A stretch of 64,000 nt of DNA from contig CAYOTC010000003.1 in the NCBI GenBank assembly GCA_964406815.1, positions 7,259 to 71,258 of the forward strand. The letters run 5' to 3'. The notes under the pieces were generated by a model. The model searched no databases and was not told where the DNA came from. It worked only from the letters and a program-made list of their open reading frames with translations. The number at the start of each line of letters is the position of its first letter. The stretch's first letter is position 1. A program made the translations under genes and the position numbers. The DNA is from an uncultured Bdellovibrionales bacterium. GTDB lineage: Bacteria > Patescibacteriota > Minisyncoccia > Moranbacterales > UBA2206. This document shows, in pieces, positions 1-9,592 of this stretch.

Positions 1-238
1 AGTTCCAAGAAACAAAACTAATGAGGAAAGAGCCTTGCATAATCAGGAAGAAATGCGGGATATCCGCTTCTTGCCGGAAGAAGAAATGACTTTTTCTCCA
101 GAAATTAATATCTATAACAATAAAATCCTGATTGCTTCTTGGAAAGAGAAAATGGCAATTCTCATTGAATCAAAAGAGCTCTCTGATCTTCAAAAGCTTA
201 CTTATAATCTTCTTTGGAATACTCTACCAAGAAATTGA
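1..238 (+). CDS. TrmB-family transcriptional regulator, C-terminal part (5' end outside window)
   Basis: EINIYNNKILIASWKEKMAILIES..LLW resembles the C-terminus of the TrmB-like protein at 14019-14843. Confidence 0.7.
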   Translation, partial: VPRNKTNEERALHNQEEMRDIRFLPEEEMTFSPEINIYNNKILIASWKEKMAILIESKELSDLQKLTYNLLWNTLPRN

Positions 239-330
239 CAGTTATTTTCTTGATTGGATTTATTGTTTCAGCTTCATTATAATTGAACCAAGTCAGGCAG
301 GTTTTTATAAAAAATATAAAATCAAAAATA

Positions 331-1002
331 ATGGCTTCGCAAATCGCTCACATCGTATATGCCAAGAAATATTTTGATTTTTTGGAATTCGGGAAATCTT
401 CAGAAAATTTCGAGGATATTGGGATTATAAATATTCCTGTAGCTAATCTTAATAAAGACCAGTTTCTTTTAGGTTGTGTTTTTCCAGATGTCAGGCGTAT
501 TGATTCCGAAATAAAAAGGAAAGACACTCATTTCCGTTTTGAAAAGCTTGATTTGGATTTTTCCGGTCTTAATTCTTTTCAAGCTGGCTGGAAGTTTCAT
601 CTTTATTGCGATATGAAACGGGAGGATATTTTAAACAGCAATGGATTTTATTCTTTGAGTGAAGCGGACGGCGAAACTCACAGCCAGTCAGCAAAACTTC
701 TGGAAGACGAGCTTGTTTATGACAGTTACAACAATTGGGAAAAGGTTATTAGTCTTTTTAGAAATCCTCCGGTTATTGATATTGGAATGAATGTGAGTCG
801 TGAGTCATTTGCTCTCTGGTATGCGGTGATGGCAAAATATCTTGAAGAAAAGCCGAATGATAAAAATATGAGAATATTTATAAGTAAGCTGATAGGTGTC
901 CAAGATAAAGTCGAAGAGATAATCAGTAATGTAGCTGACCTGCGAAAAGACAATAAAGCGGTTGAAATTCTCAGCGATATTAAAAATAAAATCTTAAAAT
1001 AA
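331..1002 (+). CDS. Hypothetical protein, possible Zn-dependent phospholipase C/hydrolase-like fold
   Basis: ATG at 331; motifs MASQIAH, GCVFPD, GWKFHLYCD. Confidence 0.5.
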   Translation: MASQIAHIVYAKKYFDFLEFGKSSENFEDIGIINIPVANLNKDQFLLGCVFPDVRRIDSEIKRKDTHFRFEKLDLDFSGLNSFQAGWKFHLYCDMKREDILNSNGFYSLSEADGETHSQSAKLLEDELVYDSYNNWEKVISLFRNPPVIDIGMNVSRESFALWYAVMAKYLEEKPNDKNMRIFISKLIGVQDKVEEIISNVADLRKDNKAVEILSDIKNKILK

Positions 1003-1032
1003 AACCGCTCCGATGTATTTCGGAGCAGTTTT
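1001..1032. terminator. Bidirectional intrinsic terminator
   Basis: aaaaccgctccga/tcggagcagtttt hairpin between convergent genes. Confidence 0.75.
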
Positions 1033-2240
1033 TATATGTATTTTTTATTTTTCAATTCTTTCGGCAGATATTCTTGGTCACGGCTGTCTTCCAATGGAGT
1101 GTATTTGTATCCTTTGCCATAATCTAGTTCTTGCATCAATTTTGTCGGAGCGTTCCTAAGATGCAGTGGAACCGGAAGGTTGCCGAATTTTTCTACATCA
1201 GCCCTGGCTTTTCCGTAAGCAAGATAGGCGGTAACGTCTTTTTTTGATTTGGCCAAATAAATCACGCATTGGGCGAGATGGACATTGCATTCCGGGTATC
1301 CCAGTTTGTGGCAAGTATCAAAAACGGCATTCGCCAAAAGCAAAGCAGTATTATTAGCCAAACCGATATCTTCCGAAGCAAAACGGACCAAGCGTCTGGC
1401 AATGTAGAGCGGATCTTCCCCGCCTTCAATCATCCGGGCGAGCCAATAAAGCGAGGCATTTTCGTCTCCGCCACGCATTGATTTGTGAAGAGCAGAAATT
1501 ATATTATAATGTTCTTCTCCAGTCTTATCATAGAGCAGATGGGATTTTTGCAAAACTTCGCGGATAAGTTCGGGCGTGATTTTATTTTTCTGATTTATAG
1601 CAGCTTCGAGAGTATTGAGCGCCATCCGGGCGTCTCCGTTAGCAAGATTGGAAAGGAGTTTTATAACTTCATCTTCGATGGAAATTTTCTTATTAAGTTT
1701 AATTTTTTCCAAAGCGCGCCGGATTATTTTTTCCAAATCATCAGGTTCCAGTTTATCTAGGACGAAAACGCGGCTTCTGGAAACCAAAGCGGAGTTCACT
1801 TCGAAGCTGGGGTTTTCAGTGGTTGCTCCAATGAGTGTGATTGTTCCATTTTCAACATAGGGGAGAAGCGCATCCTGCTGGGCTTTGTTCCAGCGGTGGA
1901 TTTCATCGATGAAAAGAATCGTGCGAACGGAACGCAGTTTGTTATTCTTGGCCTGTTGGATAATTTCGAGGAGTTGTTTCTTGCCGGATGATACGGCGCT
2001 CAATTTTATAAAGTCAGATTTGGTTATTTTAGCAATGATATGAGCAAGGGTAGTTTTTCCACTTCCCGGCGGTCCCCAAAAAATCATTGAGGGAACTTTG
2101 TCGCTTTTGATAGCTTGGCGGAGATATGATTTTTTCCCAACCAACTTTTCTTGGCCGAAAAAATCTTCCAAAGTGTCCGGACGCAAATAGTCGGCCAAGG
2201 GCGTATCGTTTGACGGGATATTTTTGCTATTCTTAATCAT
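1032..2240 (-). CDS. rarA: Replication-associated recombination protein A (AAA+ ATPase)
   Basis: PLADYLRP, Walker A GPPGSGKTT, DEIHRWNKAQQD, GATTENPSF, SALHKSMRG, PVPLHLRNAPT. Confidence 0.95.
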   Translation of the reverse strand: MIKNSKNIPSNDTPLADYLRPDTLEDFFGQEKLVGKKSYLRQAIKSDKVPSMIFWGPPGSGKTTLAHIIAKITKSDFIKLSAVSSGKKQLLEIIQQAKNNKLRSVRTILFIDEIHRWNKAQQDALLPYVENGTITLIGATTENPSFEVNSALVSRSRVFVLDKLEPDDLEKIIRRALEKIKLNKKISIEDEVIKLLSNLANGDARMALNTLEAAINQKNKITPELIREVLQKSHLLYDKTGEEHYNIISALHKSMRGGDENASLYWLARMIEGGEDPLYIARRLVRFASEDIGLANNTALLLANAVFDTCHKLGYPECNVHLAQCVIYLAKSKKDVTAYLAYGKARADVEKFGNLPVPLHLRNAPTKLMQELDYGKGYKYTPLEDSRDQEYLPKELKNKKYI

Positions 2241-2356
2241 AGTGCTGAATATTTATCATATAGTGATATTATATCACCGAAAAATAAAATTGGTAAGGTT
2301 CGGATTATCACGCTCCAAAATTAGACATTCTCCGTTTGGTTGCTATACTGGATAAT

Positions 2357-3199
2357 ATGGAAGGTAATACAATAAATGGGAAAAAGTTGGCGGAAAAACT
2401 GAGAGCTGAGATAAAATCAGATGTTTTAGGCTTGAAAGAGCGAAATATAGTGCCTGGATTGGCGGTTGTTCTGGTGGGAAATGACGAAGCTTCCGAGCTT
2501 TATGTCCACAAGAAAGAGGAGGCCTGCAAGGAATTGGGCATAGAATCTTTCATTCATAAAATGCCGGAAAATACGAATGAAGAAGAACTGCTTAGCCTGA
2601 TTTCCAGCCTTAATAATAACAACAAAGTGAGCGGTATTTTAGTTCAGTTGCCGCTTTCAAAGTCTATCAATGAGGAAAAAGTCATAAATCTGATAGATCC
2701 CAAGAAGGATGTCGATTGTTTCCATCCGGAAAATTTCGGTCTTCTGATGCGGAATGAGCCGAGATTTCTGCCTTGTACTCCGGCCGGGATAATGGAGCTT
2801 ATGTCTGAATACAAGATCAGTTTGGAAGGAAAAAATGTCGTGATTATCGGTCGGAGCAATATTGTCGGAAAACCGTTGGCGGCGATGCTTATGAATTATG
2901 ATGCGACAGTGACTCTTTGCCATTCAAAAACAGTAAATCTGAAAGCGGAATGTCTGCGGGCGGATATTCTTATTTCTTCCGTTGGAAAAACGGGAATAAT
3001 TACGGCTGATATGGTGAAGGAAGGAGCGGTTGTTATTGATGTTGGAACACGCCGATCGGAAGATGGAAAGCTTTTAGGAGATGTTGATTTTAAGAATGTT
3101 TCAAAAAAAGCGAGTCTTATTACGCCGGTTCCCGGAGGAGTAGGACCGATGACGGTTACAATGCTAATGAAGAATGTTATTAAGGCCAGTCAATTATAA
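2357..3199 (+). CDS. folD: Bifunctional methylenetetrahydrofolate dehydrogenase/cyclohydrolase
   Basis: GILVQLPL, KDVDCFHP, PCTPAG, GRSNIVGKP, ITPVPGGVGPMT; ATG at 2357. Confidence 0.97.
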   Translation: MEGNTINGKKLAEKLRAEIKSDVLGLKERNIVPGLAVVLVGNDEASELYVHKKEEACKELGIESFIHKMPENTNEEELLSLISSLNNNNKVSGILVQLPLSKSINEEKVINLIDPKKDVDCFHPENFGLLMRNEPRFLPCTPAGIMELMSEYKISLEGKNVVIIGRSNIVGKPLAAMLMNYDATVTLCHSKTVNLKAECLRADILISSVGKTGIITADMVKEGAVVIDVGTRRSEDGKLLGDVDFKNVSKKASLITPVPGGVGPMTVTMLMKNVIKASQL

Positions 3200-3208
3200 T
3201 TCATCAAT

Positions 3209-3502
3209 ATGCAATTGGAAATAAAAAAAATAGAAGGCAATCCGGCTAATCTTTTGCGGCGTGCCGGGTATAGTTTTCAGCGGAATGAAGGCGAGGAGAT
3301 GAGTTTCATCCGGCCTTTGGCCGCTCAGGGTTATCCCAGATTTCATATGTATGTGAAAATAAAAGGTGTTGATATGTCAATAAATATCCACCTGGATGCA
3401 AAAAAAGAAACTTATGGGGAAGGTACCCGGCATCACGGTGAGTATGAAAATGACGGAGCTCTGAAAGAAGAAGTACGGCGGCTAAAAATTATTCTGGAAT
3501 GA
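3209..3502 (+). CDS. Conserved hypothetical protein
   Basis: 97-aa ORF directly after folD; YPRFHMY and HLD..HHGEY motifs. Confidence 0.7.
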   Translation: MQLEIKKIEGNPANLLRRAGYSFQRNEGEEMSFIRPLAAQGYPRFHMYVKIKGVDMSINIHLDAKKETYGEGTRHHGEYENDGALKEEVRRLKIILE

Positions 3503-3555
3503 TTTTTGTTGCTAAAATTATAATTAGCCGGTAATATTGGAAAGTTGAACATTAT

Positions 3556-3638
<83 letters not shown>

Positions 3639-3678
3639 GATTTAAAATAAAATATCAAAACTAAAAAATAAGTTTGTT

Positions 3679-3750
3679 GTCCAGATTGGCGGAATTGCCC
3701 GCCTCGCGTCGACGAGCGTCTCCGCGAGTCGAGGCGGGGTATACGAGCAG
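3679..3750 (+). pseudogene. Degenerate tRNA-Leu 5' half with a 41-bp palindromic insert in the D-loop
   Basis: gtccagattggcggaattg|gtatacg matches the 5' end of neighbouring Leu tRNAs once 3698-3738 is removed. Confidence 0.7.
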
Positions 3751-3798
3751 GTATTTTTTGAGAATAGAAAAGTTATATTATATTAAAATAAAACTTAT

Positions 3799-3882
3799 GC
3801 CTTGATGGCGGAATTGGTATACGCGCATGCTTCAGGAGCATGTGAGAGCAATCTCTTGGGAGTTCGAGTCTCCCTCAAGGCA
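3799..3882 (+). tRNA. tRNA-Leu(CAG)
   Basis: Acceptor gccttga/tcaaggc, catgc-ttCAGga-gcatg, variable arm, GTTCGAG. Confidence 0.95.
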
Positions 3883-3911
3883 CATAAAAAAATAAAATGG
3901 TGAGGGACAAG

Positions 3912-3959
3912 GGAGCATATGGGAGCAATCCCTTGGAGGTTCGAGTCCTCTTCCGGGCA
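3912..3959 (+). pseudogene. tRNA-Leu 3' half (variable arm, T arm, acceptor 3' strand)
   Basis: gggagcaatcccttggaggttcgagtcctcttccgggca with no matching 5' half immediately upstream. Confidence 0.7.
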
Positions 3960-4006
3960 CAATGTTTAATTTTATATTTTTTTAAAAACTACATAATAAA
4001 AAATTT

Positions 4007-4885
4007 ATGCAGTTTGAAAATTTGCCACAACTTGAAAATAAGAAAATTGAAAAACGAAATCCTGATTTCTTAAAAATATTAGGAGAAATCGATTATTTTC
4101 TGGAAAAACCTGAGGAAGAACAAAGGAACTACATCGATAAACGTGTGGTTTTTTTGTCTAAAAACGCAGAATCAGGAGAAATATCGCATGTTGGTCGTGA
4201 TGTTTATAGCGGTTTTATTGGTCAAAAAATGGAAATTCGTCGCAATATTATGGTGGATCCTTTAGTTGTGGATGATTCTGATTTATACAGGGATCTTTTT
4301 GAAGTTATAAAGAAATTCAAATCAACTGATGGCTATAAAGAAAAATCTTTAAGGGAAATTATTCTTATTGCAATCCAATGGACTTTATCAAAATATTTCG
4401 GAAATATTGTGGCAAATTCCAATACGGATATCCAAAATAAGAAATTTTATCTCGATCATTCTTCAGCAGAAAGTCCATCAGTATCCATAAAAGAGTTAAA
4501 AGGAAAGGAATTTGCTGTTTGTGCGGAAAAGGCTGCTGCAGCACAAAATTTATTAGCATTTATAGGAATGAAAAGTGATATTATTGCATCAAGCAGATGC
4601 CGTATTCCAGCAGAAGCGGACGAAGAAGGCCATTACTACATATTAGTCCATGGTCCTAAAAGTGACATGATTTATGATCCAACTAATCCACGACTCTTAT
4701 TTGATAAGGAGGAAAAATTAATAAGCTACGGTCCAGCGATGTATCAAATTACTGCAGAACAAGTACAACATTTACTTAACGGCGAATCAGTTGTCGTTGA
4801 GCATGTGGATGATAAAATTGAAAAAGATGGACAACGTATTTCAAAAAAACAAAGCAGGATATATGCCGGACCAAAACTTAAATAA
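4007..4885 (+). CDS. Hypothetical protein with transglutaminase/cysteine-protease-like Cys-His-Asp triad
   Basis: AVCAEKAAAAQNLL, EGHYYILV, IYDPTNP. Confidence 0.55.
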   Translation: MQFENLPQLENKKIEKRNPDFLKILGEIDYFLEKPEEEQRNYIDKRVVFLSKNAESGEISHVGRDVYSGFIGQKMEIRRNIMVDPLVVDDSDLYRDLFEVIKKFKSTDGYKEKSLREIILIAIQWTLSKYFGNIVANSNTDIQNKKFYLDHSSAESPSVSIKELKGKEFAVCAEKAAAAQNLLAFIGMKSDIIASSRCRIPAEADEEGHYYILVHGPKSDMIYDPTNPRLLFDKEEKLISYGPAMYQITAEQVQHLLNGESVVVEHVDDKIEKDGQRISKKQSRIYAGPKLK

Positions 4886-5839
4886 ATGTTAATAATGAAA
4901 ATTATAATAGAAAAAAATCAATCCGGACAAAGGATAGATAAATTTCTCAAGGAGGAATCATTTTTGGATATGGAAATTACGCGGGGAGAAATTATTCGTC
5001 AGATAAAAAATGGAAAAGTTCTGGCAAACAATAAAATAATCAAGCCGAGCTATATTCTTAAGGAAAGCGATAAGATAGAAATAGATTTTGATTATTCGGA
5101 TAAGAAAGAATTGGAATCTAATTCTGATCTTGATATTTCAATAATTTATGAAGATAAAGATATAGTTGTGCTTGATAAGCCTGCTGGTATCCAGGTTCAT
5201 CCAGATGCGAATGAAAAGAAAAACACACTGGTAAATTTCTTACTCTATAAATATCCGGAAATAAAAAATGTTCACGATGATTCGCATGGTTCTGATTTTC
5301 GTCCAGGAATAGTTCATCGGCTGGACAAAGATACGAGTGGTGTAATCATTGTGGCAAAAAATAAAAAAACATATCTTGAGCTTAAGCGAAAATTCAGAGA
5401 AAGGGAAATTGAAAAAAAATATTGGGTAATTGTTTATGGTGAGATGGAGAATGATGAGGGAGCCATAGAAAAGCCGATTGCTCGCGCTTCGAACTATAAA
5501 AAACAAGTGATTGCCGGAGAAAAAACAAAAACTAAAATCAGAGAAGCCAAGACATATTATAAAGTAATTAAAAAATTCAATAATTATTCTTTGATTGAAG
5601 CGGCTCCAAAGACCGGACGGATGCACCAGATTCGAATTCATCTATCTTCAGTTGGTCATCCGGTCGTGGGAGACAAGCTTTATTCTTTCAGAAATACAAA
5701 GGATAAATTAGGGGCAAAAAGGCAGCTTCTTCACGCGAAAAAAATAAAATTTGAACTTTTTGGGGAGGAAAAAACGTTTGAAAGTGAAATCCCTGATGAT
5801 TTTGGAGATTTTCTTTCCAAACTTGACGAACAAAAATAA
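4886..5839 (+). CDS. RluA/RluD-family pseudouridine synthase
   Basis: S4 domain (RIDKFL), DKPAG, GIVHRLDKDTSG, TGRMHQIRIH, PVVGDKLY; start may be 4895. Confidence 0.95.
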   Translation: MLIMKIIIEKNQSGQRIDKFLKEESFLDMEITRGEIIRQIKNGKVLANNKIIKPSYILKESDKIEIDFDYSDKKELESNSDLDISIIYEDKDIVVLDKPAGIQVHPDANEKKNTLVNFLLYKYPEIKNVHDDSHGSDFRPGIVHRLDKDTSGVIIVAKNKKTYLELKRKFREREIEKKYWVIVYGEMENDEGAIEKPIARASNYKKQVIAGEKTKTKIREAKTYYKVIKKFNNYSLIEAAPKTGRMHQIRIHLSSVGHPVVGDKLYSFRNTKDKLGAKRQLLHAKKIKFELFGEEKTFESEIPDDFGDFLSKLDEQK

Positions 5840-5851
5840 AAAAGTTAGTAT
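5823..5851 (+). promoter_or_regulatory. Sigma70-type promoter for rplS
   Basis: TTGACG-17-TAGTAT. Confidence 0.55.
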
Positions 5852-6000
5852 GTAGAGGCTGTTAAATCGCTATATTTGGTGTTTTCAGCTACTCATAATA
5901 ATGAGTAAGTTTTTAATTTATAGGTTAATTTGATATAATTTAAAGCATGAAATGGGCGTATTGCCGAAGATATCGGAGGCGCACATGCCAAGAAAATCAT

Positions 6001-6513
6001 ATGGACAAGAAAATTATTGAATTTAATAAGACTCAAAAAAGAAGTGATATGCAAAAATTCCGAACTGGAGATGTTGTTAATGTTTCTCTTCGGATTAAGG
6101 AAGGTGAAAAAGAGAGAACTCAAAATTTTGAAGGATTGATTATTGCGGTAAAAGGCGGACAGAGCTCAACGCAAATAATCACTGTCAGAAAAGTTTCCCA
6201 TGGAGTCGGAGTGGAACTCATAATTCCGGTTGGTTCAAAAAATGTTGAGAAAATTGAGCTTATTAAGAAAGCCAAGGTTAGAAGAGCGAAGCTTTATTAC
6301 ATCCGTAACCTCACCACCAAACAGAGCCGTATGAAATATAAAGATATCGAGACTTTTATAAAAGACGAAGAAGCTGGAACTCCCGGAGCGTCTAATGTTG
6401 AAAATATTACAGAAAATTCTTCAGAGAATATCGAGGATAAGGTTTCGGAAGTTAAAACTGCAGAAGTTAAAGCTGAAGAAAAGAACGAGGAAAAGACTGA
6501 AGAGAAAAAATAA
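6001..6513 (+). CDS. rplS: 50S ribosomal protein L19 with acidic C-terminal tail
   Basis: FRTGDVV, RIKEGEKERTQNFEG, TVRKVSHGVGVE, KVRRAKLYYIR; ATG at 6001. Confidence 0.97.
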   Translation: MDKKIIEFNKTQKRSDMQKFRTGDVVNVSLRIKEGEKERTQNFEGLIIAVKGGQSSTQIITVRKVSHGVGVELIIPVGSKNVEKIELIKKAKVRRAKLYYIRNLTTKQSRMKYKDIETFIKDEEAGTPGASNVENITENSSENIEDKVSEVKTAEVKAEEKNEEKTEEKK

Positions 6514-6552
6514 TTTTCAGTCATTATTTTGATATTTCGATTGAGAATATGG

Positions 6553-6640
6553 GCGGATGTGGCGGAATTTGGTATACGCGCAAGCTTGAGGTGCTTGTGG
6601 GAGCAATCTCTTGGAGGTTCGAGTCCTCTCATCCGCACCA
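6553..6640 (+). tRNA. tRNA-Leu(GAG)
   Basis: gcggatg/catccgc acceptor, caagc-ttGAGgt-gcttg, encoded CCA. Confidence 0.95.
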
Positions 6641-6646
6641 ATTTTT

Positions 6647-6719
6647 GGATCCTTAGCTCAATTGGTAGAGCATCTCGTTTACACCGAGGGGGTTATAGGT
6701 TCGAGTCCTATAGGGTCCA
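6647..6719 (+). tRNA. tRNA-Val(TAC)
   Basis: ggatcct/agggtcc acceptor, tctcg-ttTACac-cgagg. Confidence 0.95.
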
Positions 6720-6796
6720 CCGCATAAGTTTAAAGTTAATAAAGTTTTTAAAATTCATAAAACGTGCAGGTTTTATAAAGATTGCTGGATGTTTTT

Positions 6797-6868
<72 letters not shown>

Positions 6869-6965
6869 CAAAAGTAGAATTTCCAATTTTTAATTCTCAA
6901 TTTTCAAACAGGTAGGGGATAGATGTTATTTTGAAATTGAAAATTATAAATTTAAAATTAAACTT

Positions 6966-7037
6966 GCGGGTATCGTATAGCGGCTATTATACGTCCTTGC
7001 CAAGGACGAGATACGGGTCCGACTCCCGTTACCCGCT
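6966..7037 (+). tRNA. tRNA-Gly(GCC)
   Basis: gcgggta/tacccgc acceptor, cgtcc-ttGCCaa-ggacg; T-loop reads TCCGACT. Confidence 0.9.
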
Positions 7038-7045
7038 CAAAAAAG

Positions 7046-7077
7046 AAAAGTCTGGGATTAATTCCCGGGCTTTTTTT
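7046..7077 (+). terminator. Intrinsic terminator after tRNA cluster
   Basis: aaaagtctggga/tcccgggctttt hairpin with T-run. Confidence 0.7.
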
Positions 7078-7132
7078 ATTTTAAAAATCAACCGTGTGAT
7101 ATAATACAACTATAAATAAATAAGAAAAAAAT

Positions 7133-7867
7133 ATGCAAAAAATACATGTATGGCTAGCTTCGCTTCTTATTATAACCGTAGGGGCGATTGTGATTGTGGC
7201 ATTGGTGATGGCTAATAAAAATAAAGACAGAGAATATTTTTCTGTTTCTGGAATCGCTTCTGTTTATGCGAAGGCTGATATTGCCAATATCAATGTCGGT
7301 TTGAAAAGCGGAACTATGAAGACAGCCGCAGAAGCCTCCCAAGAGAGCGCGAAAAAAATGAATAGTATTATTGAAGAATTGAAAAATCTTAAAATTGAAG
7401 AAAAAGATATTAAAACCAGCGATTATAATTTAAATCCGATTTATAATTGGACTGAGAGCAAGGGACAAGAATTGAGCGGATATGAAGTGACGCAAACACT
7501 GAGTCTGAAAATCAGAGATTTGAATATGATTGGAGATGTTATTTCAATGACGACGCAAAAAGGAGCTAATCAAATTGGCAATATTAATTTTACTATTGAT
7601 GACGAATTTGATTTGAAAAATCAAGCGCGAGAATTGGCTATTAAAAAAGCCAAAGAAAAAGCGATTCTGATCGCCAATCAGTCCGGAATGAAATTGGGAA
7701 AGATAAAAAATGTTATTGAAAATTATAATACTCCGATTTATCCGACATATGCGAACGCTAAAATTGATGGAGCAGGCGCTGGTCGAGAAGACGTCTCTGC
7801 GCCGGAGATTCAAACCGGTCAGAATGAGATAAAAATTGAAGTGACTCTTTCTTATGAAGTAAAATAG
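7133..7867 (+). CDS. SIMPL/DUF541 family membrane-anchored protein
   Basis: N-terminal TM, SVSG..ADIA, IKTSDYNLNPIYNW, ARELAIKKAKEKA, GQNEIKIEVTLSYEVK. Confidence 0.9.
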   Translation: MQKIHVWLASLLIITVGAIVIVALVMANKNKDREYFSVSGIASVYAKADIANINVGLKSGTMKTAAEASQESAKKMNSIIEELKNLKIEEKDIKTSDYNLNPIYNWTESKGQELSGYEVTQTLSLKIRDLNMIGDVISMTTQKGANQIGNINFTIDDEFDLKNQARELAIKKAKEKAILIANQSGMKLGKIKNVIENYNTPIYPTYANAKIDGAGAGREDVSAPEIQTGQNEIKIEVTLSYEVK

Positions 7868-7998
7868 GAATAGATGCAGAATGATTAGTTTTAGTTTCTG
7901 TCATTTACAAAAATGATTGCATATGATTGAATGGTATAATTATGTTTTAAAAAAGTTATTAATAGTTTTTTAACATCTAAATAGGGAGGAGACATTTT

Positions 7999-8625
7999 AT
8001 GCTGATTATTTTTGACTGTGATGGAGTTCTGCGTTCCTTTTCTTGGGAAGGAACATATGCTGCCTATGTGGCAATCGCTGAGCACTTCAATCTTGAAATA
8101 AGCGATTTCTGGCCGGATATCGATAGCTTTAGAAGAAAATTTGACAATAACTGGCATTCCAATCTTGCGATTATGGGGATAACTAACAAAGATCATTATC
8201 CGATTATCAATGATATATTTCATAGCGCTTACGATCCTTTAATTTCTAAATTTCCTTGGGTTGATGAAACGGCGAGACAACTTTCGCAAAAACATTCTTT
8301 GGCAGTTTTCACTTCTTCCATATCGAAATCAGTTTATGATTCATTGGGAGAATCAGCCAGATATTTCTCGCATATTATCGGATCCGGTGATGTAGAGAAT
8401 ATCAAGCCAGATCCAGAAGGAGTTAACTTGATAATAGAAAAATTAGGAGCCGATAAGAGAGAGGCTATTATGATTGGCGATTCAAGTGTGGATATTTTGG
8501 CGGGAAAGAAGGCTGGGATAACGACGGCCGGTGTGGCTTGGGGAATGATGGAGGAAAAAGAACTGGAGAAATTCAAACCAGACATTATGTTTCACGATCC
8601 AGAGGAGTTGAAATTCTTAAACTAA
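7999..8625 (+). CDS. HAD-superfamily phosphatase (Gph-like)
   Basis: FDCDGVL, KPDPEG, MIGDSSVDILAGKKAG; SD gggagg. Confidence 0.9.
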   Translation: MLIIFDCDGVLRSFSWEGTYAAYVAIAEHFNLEISDFWPDIDSFRRKFDNNWHSNLAIMGITNKDHYPIINDIFHSAYDPLISKFPWVDETARQLSQKHSLAVFTSSISKSVYDSLGESARYFSHIIGSGDVENIKPDPEGVNLIIEKLGADKREAIMIGDSSVDILAGKKAGITTAGVAWGMMEEKELEKFKPDIMFHDPEELKFLN

Positions 8626-8762
8626 TTTAAAAAGGAGAAGAAAAAATATTAATAATCCCGTTGTCTTAAAAAGGCAGCGGGTATTTTTTAAAATTATAAA
8701 ATAAAAAGGCGTGGCGGAAAATTTCCGTCGCGCCCTTTTCGATTATTCTTGGTCCTCCATTT

Positions 8763-9308
8763 TTAAAAAGTTGGTTGAAGATCCGGAATGTATATCACGT
8801 CATCGTCCTGAAAATTAAATCTATGAGAATTTATATCTTCCATAATTTGTAGATTATATAATTCCTCAGAATCTGAAAAATATAATCCTTCTGAATATAT
8901 AAATTCTGCCGGATTTTTTTTCTCAAAATCTGAAGGAGACGAGCCCTGTTTTATTTTAATTATTCCGTCGCGGATTAGTTTGTCTCGTAAAGTTTTTCCG
9001 CATTCAGGGCATTTATATCCGAGAGATCTTATAGGATCCCTTTCGAGCGTATTGTCATTGCCAACTATTGGACAACAACAATGGAAACAAAAGTTTTTAT
9101 ATTCGCTCATCCCAGAATTGAGGTTGTCGCAAATATCAAGAAAAACTACGCTTGATAATTTTTCTGTAGCTTGAGACATAAACTCCGTGCAACAATTATT
9201 TGGACATTGAAACAGCATCATATCAAATTGCTTATTGCCCCATATTGGAAACATTGAGTTGTTACATGAATTACATCTTGGAAATTTGTAAATATGCTCG
9301 AGAAACAT
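8763..9308 (-). CDS. Cys-rich (Zn-ribbon) hypothetical protein
   Basis: CNSC, CPNNC, CFHC, CPECG; SD ggagg. Confidence 0.65.
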   Translation of the reverse strand: MFLEHIYKFPRCNSCNNSMFPIWGNKQFDMMLFQCPNNCCTEFMSQATEKLSSVVFLDICDNLNSGMSEYKNFCFHCCCPIVGNDNTLERDPIRSLGYKCPECGKTLRDKLIRDGIIKIKQGSSPSDFEKKNPAEFIYSEGLYFSDSEELYNLQIMEDINSHRFNFQDDDVIYIPDLQPTF

Positions 9309-9592
9309 CTTAAAATCCTCCCTTTTCTAAAAAACTAAACTCCAATGCCGCTATTTTTAGCGGATATGCCCATACTTCTTTTTATTACCTCCTTTTTAAG
9401 ATTGTTGTAAAATGTTTACAGCTTTTAGCTGTTTATTAAATTATTTAAGAACTGCTTTGTCAGGGAGGGCTAGCATTTTAGGAGTTTTTTGTCAACTAGT
9501 TTAGAATAAAATCAGCACATAATTCGTAATAATATTTAGGCGTGTTGAATAATATCTCGAGGGGTGCTATCATATAGTCCGCAAAAGAAAAT

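Noticed and set aside
3679-3959. Functional split or intron-containing tRNA-Leu built from the two halves
   Set aside because: The acceptor strands pair only 6 of 7, the 5' half has an extra base, and no anticodon stem or loop can be assembled
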